DNA from: the human T2T-CHM13v2.0 reference genome, Homo sapiens | Direction: 5' to 3' (one strand) | DNA: 64,000 nucleotides | Assembly (NCBI RefSeq): GCF_009914755.1 | Contig: NC_060925.1 | Part shown: positions 1-64,000 of the stretch, in pieces | How the letters are laid out: each line of letters begins with the position of its first letter | Position numbering within the stretch: position 1 is the stretch's first letter | Notes under the pieces: generated by a model | Told to the model about the DNA's origin: nothing | Database searches by the model: none | Seen by the model: only the letters and a program-made list of their open reading frames with translations | Translations under genes and position numbers: made by a program

Positions 1-245
1 AACCAGAATAAACCCACAAGAACAAAGAGAGTGGGAGAAAAACATCAGAGGATGAGAAGATGGAAAGCTAAGTGGAAAAATCAGCTGTGGTGAGAAAGCT
101 GTATACCAAGTGTCTGCAGAGGTGGTGCTCATGAGAAGCTAGCCATTTCCTGCCACAGAATTCCAGCTAGGCTCAAATACTAGGGGATCCAGGAACCCAG
201 GAAGAAGAATGGGTGAAAGACAAGAGGATTGGTTGAAAGTCTCTA

Positions 246-601
<356 letters not shown>

Positions 602-1049
602 CTAGAACCTTTCAGGAGTCTGGCAGGAGTCTAGAGGTTTAGTCTGTGGAGCAACTGAACCAAAGGGGAGCCTTAAGAGAGAGAGCGAGCCACTGGAAGT
701 CTACATATTGAACCATGAGACACACCCTTCTCTGTCCATTCCTACCCCAGCCCCCACAGTCTCCTTATCCTGGTGGCTAGGCTGCTCCCTCCCTAGGCAT
801 GCAAATGGGGGAATTTTCAGGAGAAACTAAACAGCCCCAGAGAAATGACCTAAAGTTGGGGCTTCCATTATGAAAAGCTACCAACGGACAAACCTCATAC
901 ATAGATACAGAATTCAAATCAGTCTTTTAATACCTACCTCTTTGATGTGAATGGACAAAAAAGGATCACCAGACTTTTAAGGAAAGCCCGAAAATAAATG
1001 AGGGAGACGAAAAGAAAAAGAAAAAGAAAAAGACTAATAGAACATGTAA

Positions 1050-2700
<1,651 letters not shown>

Positions 2701-2779
2701 TGCTCCCTGGATAGTTTCCTAGGACTGTGTAACAAAGTACCAAAAACTAGGTGGCTTAAAACAACAGAAATATATTGTC

Positions 2780-10381
<7,602 letters not shown>

Positions 10382-11049
10382 TCATTTTTCCCAACCTACA
10401 GATAAAAGAGGCTTGTTCAGCACTAAGGAGGAAGTGAAAGGGATTGGGCACTTTTTGAGCCCATTCAAAGTCCCAGGCACTCTGTTAGACGCTTTCCATT
10501 CATCTCCTTTAATCCTTTCAATAACCCTATGAAACGATTGGTGTCATCTCCATTTTACAGTTGAGGAAGTTGAGTTTCAGAGAGGTGAGGAGACAACTTA
10601 AAGTAACATGGCCTATAAAATTGAAATTGGAGAATTAGAATATAAATCGGAATTTGAATGCAGGCTTATCTCATTTCATAATTCATTCCCTTTACTTCAT
10701 CTTAAGGAAGAGAAAGAAAAATCAATTGGTGTGGTTAAAAAGTGAGTAGAAATAAAGGCTGAAAGTAAAAGCAAACATATTCATTGATTGTTTATCAATG
10801 CCTGAGGCATTGCTCTCCTTGCTAGCTATGCCATCTCATTGACAAAGATGGTAAAATCAAATACAGTTGCCAAGTCTCTTTATTCCTGGCGTTTATGAAC
10901 ATGCAGAAAGCTGCCTATGAAATACAAAAGAGACATTTCTGTTCAACCTTGTACTGGAGGGTAATTAAGCAAGAAAAATTTTTTTGAAGTATCTATTTTG
11001 AAAAGGAAGAAGTGAAACTATCTCTATCTCTATTTGCAGTTGACATGTT

Positions 11050-11502
11050 TTTATATATATATACTTTAAGTTCTGGGATACATGTGCAGAATGTGCAGGT
11101 TTGTTATATAGGTACACATGTGCCATGGTGGTTTGCTGCACCCATCAACCCATCATCTAGGTTTTAAGCCCCGCATGCATTAAGTATTTGTCCTAATGCT
11201 ATCCCTCCCCTTTCCCCCCACTCCCTGACAGTCCCCAGTGTGTGATGTTCCCCTCCCCGTGTCCATGTGTTCTCATTGTTCAACTCCCACTTATGAGTGA
11301 AAACATGCTCTGTTTGGTTTTCTGTTCCTGTGTCAGTTTGTGGAGAATGATGGTTACCAGCTTCATCCATGTCCCTGCAAAGGACATGAACTGATTATTT
11401 TTTATGGCTGAATAGCATTCTATGGTGTATATGTGCCACATTTTCTTTATCCAGTCTATCACTGATGGGCGTTTGGGTTGGTTCCAAGTCTTTGCTATTG
11501 TG
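11050..11502 (-). mobile_element. L1PA-type 3' end (5'-truncated)
   Basis: tactttaagttctgggatacatgtgcag...; minus-strand ORF reads DWIKKMWHIYT (L1 ORF2 C-terminus). Confidence 0.9.
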
Positions 11503-11518
11503 ATTTTTTTTTTTTTAA

Positions 11519-11719
<201 letters not shown>

Positions 11720-12185
11720 TGAGCTCCTGGGCCCAAGCAATTCACTCACCTCGGCCTCCCAAAGTGCTGGGATTACAGGCGTGAGCCATTGCGCCTGGCT
11801 GACATGATCTTATATATAGAAAACCCTAAAGAATCCACACAAGGCCGGGCGCATTGGCTCACACTTGTAATCCCAGCACTTTGGGAGGCTAAGGCGGGCG
11901 GATCACAAGGTCAGGAGTTCGAGTCCAGCCTGGCCAACACAGTGAAACCCCATCTCTACTAAAAATACAAAAAGTAGTTTGGCATGGTGGCAGGTGCCCA
12001 TAATCCCAGCTACTTCTTGGGAGGCTGAGGCAGAAGAATCACTTGAACCCAGGAGGCGGAGGTTGCAGTGAGCCAAGACCGCACCACTGCACTCCAACCT
12101 GGGCAACAGAGCTAGACTCCATCCCCACCTACCCCCCAAAAAACAAAAAAAAGAATCCACACAAAAAACCTGTTAGAGGTAATAA

Positions 12186-12223
12186 GTGAGTGCACCGAAT
12201 CCTAACCAGTAGACTACCAGGGA
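12186..12223 (-). pseudogene. Tailless retropseudogene of the 5' half of tRNA-Glu(CTC)
   Basis: Reverse complement TCCCTGGTAGTCTACTGGTTAGGATTCGGTGCACTCAC matches 34/38 to the tRNA-Glu-CTC 5' end as recalled; flanked by direct repeats tgttagaNgtaataa (12171-12185 / 12230-12244). Confidence 0.88.
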
Positions 12224-12321
12224 GCGTCATGTTAGATGTAATAAATGAGTTCAGTAAGGTTGCAGATGCAAGTTTAATATAAAAAAATCAGTTGCATAAT
12301 ATTTCTAAACACTAGCAATGA

Positions 12322-12612
<291 letters not shown>

Positions 12613-13203
12613 TAGCCAGGATGGTCCCGATCTCCTGACCTCGTGATCTGCCTGCCTCGGCCTCCGAAAGTGCTGAGATTATAGGCGTGAGCCACTGTGC
12701 CCGGCGGTTTTTTTTTAAACACTGAAAATTATAAAACATTGTTGAAATAAGTTAAAGAATACATAAATAAATGGAAAGATATCCTGTGTTCATGAATTGC
12801 AATACTTAATATTGTTAAGATGGCAATACTCCCCAAATTGACTTACAGATTCAATGTAATTCATATCAAAATTCCAACAAAAAGGCTGGGCTCAGTGGCT
12901 CATGCCTGTAATCCTAGCACTTTGAGAGGTCGAGGCGGGTGGATCATCTGAGGTCAGGAGTTCAAGACCAGCCTGGCCAACATGGTGAAACACCGTCTCT
13001 ACTAAAAATACAAAAAATTAGCTAGGCATGGTGGCACGTGCCTGTAATCCCAGCTACTCAGGAGGCTGAGGCATGAGAATCACTTGAACCCGGGAGATGG
13101 AGGTTGCAGTGAGCTGAGATCGTGAGATGGCGCCACTGCACTCCAGGCTGGGCCACAGAGTGAGACTGTCGCAAAAAAAAAAAAAAGAAAAGAAAAGAAA
13201 AAC

Positions 13204-13211
13204 CACACACA

Positions 13212-13250
<39 letters not shown>

Positions 13251-13257
13251 ACACACA
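13204..13257 (+). repeat. Interrupted (CA)n microsatellite in an Alu tail
   Basis: Seen directly. Confidence 0.95.
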
Positions 13258-13458
13258 AGTTCCAACTGCCTTTCTTGCAGAAATGGACAAGCATATCCTA
13301 AAATTCATATGGAAATGCAAGGGACCCAGAATAGCCACAACAATCTTGAAAAAGAAGAACAAAGTTGGATGACTTGCACTTCCTGATTTCAAAATTTACT
13401 ACAAAGTTACAGTAATTGAGGCAATGTGATACTGGCATAAGGATAGACATAAGATTGA

Positions 13459-13638
<180 letters not shown>

Positions 13639-14782
13639 TAAGTAGCTGGGATTACAGGTGCCCGCCACCATGCCAGCTAATTTTGTATTTTTAGTAGAGA
13701 CAAGGTTTCACCATGTTGGCCAGGCTGGTCTCGAGCTCCCAACCTCAGGTGATGCACCTGCCTCGGCCTCCCAAAGTGCTGGGATTACAGGTGTGAGCCA
13801 CCGCCCCCAGCAGTCAACTGATTTTCTTTTCTTTTTCTTTTCTTTTTCTTTTTTTTTTTTTTTTGAGATAAAGTCTTGCTCTTGTGCCCCAGGCTGGAGT
13901 GCGATGGTGCGATGTCGGCGCACTGCAACCAAGTTCAAGAGATTCTCCTGCCTCAGCCCCCCGAGTAGCTGAGATTACAGGCACCTGCCACCATGCCTGG
14001 CTAATTTTTGTATTTTTAGTAGGGACGAGGTTTTACCATGTTGGCCAGGCTGGTCTAGAACTCTTGACCTCAGGTGATCCACCTGCCTCAGCCTCCCAAA
14101 GTGCTGGGATTACAGGCGTGAGCCACTGCGCCCAGCAGTCAACTAATTTTCAACAAGGGTGCCAGACCATTCATTAGGGGAAAGAATAGTCTTTTCAACA
14201 AATGGTGCTTGGACAACTCAGTATTCATATACAAAAGAATGATTTTGAACCCCTACATCATGCTGTATACAAAAGTTAACTCAAAATGGGCCAAAGACCC
14301 AAATGTAAGAGCTAAAACTAAAACTGTTAGAAGACAACATAGGAATAAATCTTCATGATCATGGATTAGATTTCTTAGATAATAACAAAAAAGCACAAGA
14401 AACCAAAGAAAAAAATAAACTGGACTTCATCTACATGAGAAACTTTTGTACTTCAAAGAACACCATTAAAAAAGTGAAATAGTTCAGTGTGCAGGAAGGA
14501 ACGTTAAAAACAAAAAGAGGAAAGTGAAATATCCAGCAGAACGTAGGAAAGTTTTGCAAATCACCTGATAAGGGACTGGTATCAAGGATGTATAAAGGAC
14601 TCCTGCAGCTCAATAACAAAAGAGATAAATTATCCAATTTTTAAAAGGACAGAAGATTTGAATAGACATTTCTCCAAAGAAGACATACAAATGGCCAGTA
14701 AGTACATGGTGTTCAACATCATTAGTACTTAGGAAAATGCAAACCACAAGGCGATACCACCTCACATGCAGAAAGATGGCTA

Positions 14783-14932
<150 letters not shown>

Positions 14933-15438
14933 CTACAAAAAGTACAAAAATTAGCTGAATGTGGTGGTGCACGCCTGTAGTCCCAACTACTCAGGAGGAT
15001 GAGGTGGGAGGATGAGGTGGGAGGATTGCTTGAGCTGGGGAGGTTGAGGCTACAGTAAGCCATGATTGTGCCACTGCACTCCAGCCTGGGAAACAGAGGG
15101 AGACCCTGTCTCAAAGTAAATAAATAAATAAAATTAAGTGTTGGCAAGAATATGGAAAAATTAGAACTCTCATACATTGCTGGTAGAAATGTAAAATGAT
15201 ACAGCTACTGAGGAAAAACAGTTTGGCAGTTTGTCAAAAGTTAAACATAGTTACATATGACCCAGGAATTTTACCTCTAGGATTATATCCAAAAGAACTG
15301 AAAATGTATGTCCACACAAAAACTTGTACATGAATGTTCATAGCAGTATTATTATAGCCAAACAGTGAAACAACCCAAATGTCAACCGACTGATGAATGG
15401 ATAAATAAAATGTGGCATATCCACACAGTGAAATATTA

Positions 15439-15642
<204 letters not shown>

Positions 15643-16184
15643 TCAGATGCTAGGTGGTGGCTCGTGGCGAGCTGGTCTAGTTCAGTAGTGTTCAATGAAG
15701 GTCTCTGTCCATCTCTAACAGAGTGGCTCCACTTCAGTTTACATTGAAGATTTTTATTTGAATAACGGGTTCCCCAGCTAAAGAAGAATTAAAACCCCTG
15801 GCCCAACTGATAAACCAAAGAAGCTCCACCTCAACTCCTAAGCTCCACACTTTGAGGAAAGCTGGGGTAAGGAAAGGCTGGGGAGTCAAAGCACTGACAG
15901 AGACCAGTGGCTCAGAGTGCCCCATGCAGCACTGGTAGCTGGCGCCCTGCTTTCTAAAACAGCTTTCTAAAACAGCATCCACTAGTAAGGCTCCCCCTGG
16001 CAAGGCCTAGCTTCAGGCAAGCATTGATATATTCAAGAAGTTCAGTTCCACTTATACACCTTGATCAAGGATGTTCTTTGTGCCTGGCTCTCACCCCAAG
16101 AGGGGTGAGCCAAGGCCCTGTCTTCAGGTGGCTCAGGCATAAGACATGTAAACATGCTCAGTTCTTGGGGGCTCTGCTCTCCTC

Positions 16185-20427
<4,243 letters not shown>

Positions 20428-21059
20428 AAGACCTTTCTCTTCTAAAGTGACTGGTGATTTGCTGACCAGAGGCGCTTGTCATGGGACCAGGGAGGGAATG
20501 CATCATTCATCAGGGTCCATTCCCGTGGTGCCTTCCGGCTATACGGAGAGGGACGCGCAGTTGGGTGTGTGGTGCTGAATGAAGGGATGAAGGAGGACTG
20601 CTAGCGTCTAAGGTGACCCTAAAAGACGAGATGACAGAAGCGATCTGGGGTGGGAGGAGGGAGGAGGGAGGCGAGGTGGCTCCTGTGAATCTCAGTACAC
20701 TTTCCACTCACAGAAGTGGAAAACTGAATCTGTGGGTCAGCGGAACTGGAATCCAGATCTTTTGCAGGACGCCCTGGGGGGATGGCACATAGCCCCCAGA
20801 GCCGTTGGCCACCGGACGGCCTCCTCGGGTGGACGGGGCAGAGCGGGCCAGCGGGCGCGTGCCCGACACGTCCACCGGGCTCTGCACCCTCCGGGCGCGC
20901 GCTCGTTCCCCGACCCGCCTCGCCGCCTGCCGGGCTCTGTGGACCCCGCGCCCGGGGCCGCGCACGCCCCCTCCGCCCGCCGGGACCCTGGGTCCGCGCA
21001 CCCCGCGCCCCCTTCCCTCCCGGCGGGCGCGCGCGCTGGCTCCCGCTCCCGCTCCCGTT

Positions 21060-21083
21060 GGCGGCGGCGGCGGCGGCGGCGGC
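21060..21083 (+). repeat. (GGC)8 trinucleotide repeat, promoter/5' UTR
   Basis: Counted directly. Confidence 0.97.
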
Positions 21084-21228
21084 GGGGATTGTTTTTGTTG
21101 TCGCTGAGGCCGGAAGAGCCGGAGCCGGGTCCCTGTCCCCGGGCCGGGCGCCGCCGCCGCCCCCTGCCCAGCGCCCGCGTCTCCGCGGCGCCACCCCAGC
21201 GCCAATATTCCGGAGATCAAGCGTTACG

Positions 21229-21252
21229 CGGCGGCGGCGGCGGCGGCGGCGG
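21229..21252 (+). repeat. (CGG)8 trinucleotide repeat in 5' UTR
   Basis: Counted directly, ~55 nt upstream of the ATG. Confidence 0.97.
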
Positions 21253-21305
21253 GGCCCGGAGCGGGAGGCGCCGGGGACCGGGGCGAGGCGGCCCCCGCCG
21301 CCGCC

Positions 21306-63958
<42,653 letters not shown>

Positions 63959-64000
63959 TAGGCACAATAAACTCTCTTTATATTTTAGTAGCATGTTAAA

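Noticed and set aside
12186-12223. Functional tRNA gene
   Set aside because: Only the 5' half; no T-arm/B-box or acceptor 3' strand

Overview
Human (primate, Alu-dense) genomic DNA, not prokaryotic: no CRISPR, rRNA or operon. About 20.7 kb of repeat-rich intergenic sequence is followed by a CpG-island promoter and coding exons 1-17 of Argonaute-4 (AGO4/EIF2C4, + strand). I assembled all 17 exons by hand with consistent phases (2477 coding nt); the final exon, about 109 nt for an 861-aa protein, lies beyond the window. The PIWI tetrad reads D589-E639-G671-R809 (non-slicer), with the AGO4-specific 10-aa insertion. Nearly all other ORFs in the track are Alu/L1/low-complexity artefacts. I see no new multi-gene system. 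The best leads are: (i) a stop-free in-frame 5' extension with near-cognate AUU/AUC starts and poly-Ala; (ii) a GC donor followed at once by an in-frame stop and AATAAA (possible C-truncated AGO4); (iii) a TSD-flanked tailless 5'-half tRNA-Glu retrocopy; (iv) a TSD-flanked poly(A)-signal-rich retro-insertion in intron 15; (v) a fused, GC3-rich exon 14; (vi) sense Alus parked next to three 3' splice sites. Repeat subfamily names come from pattern recognition, not a RepeatMasker run, and repeat boundaries are approximate.
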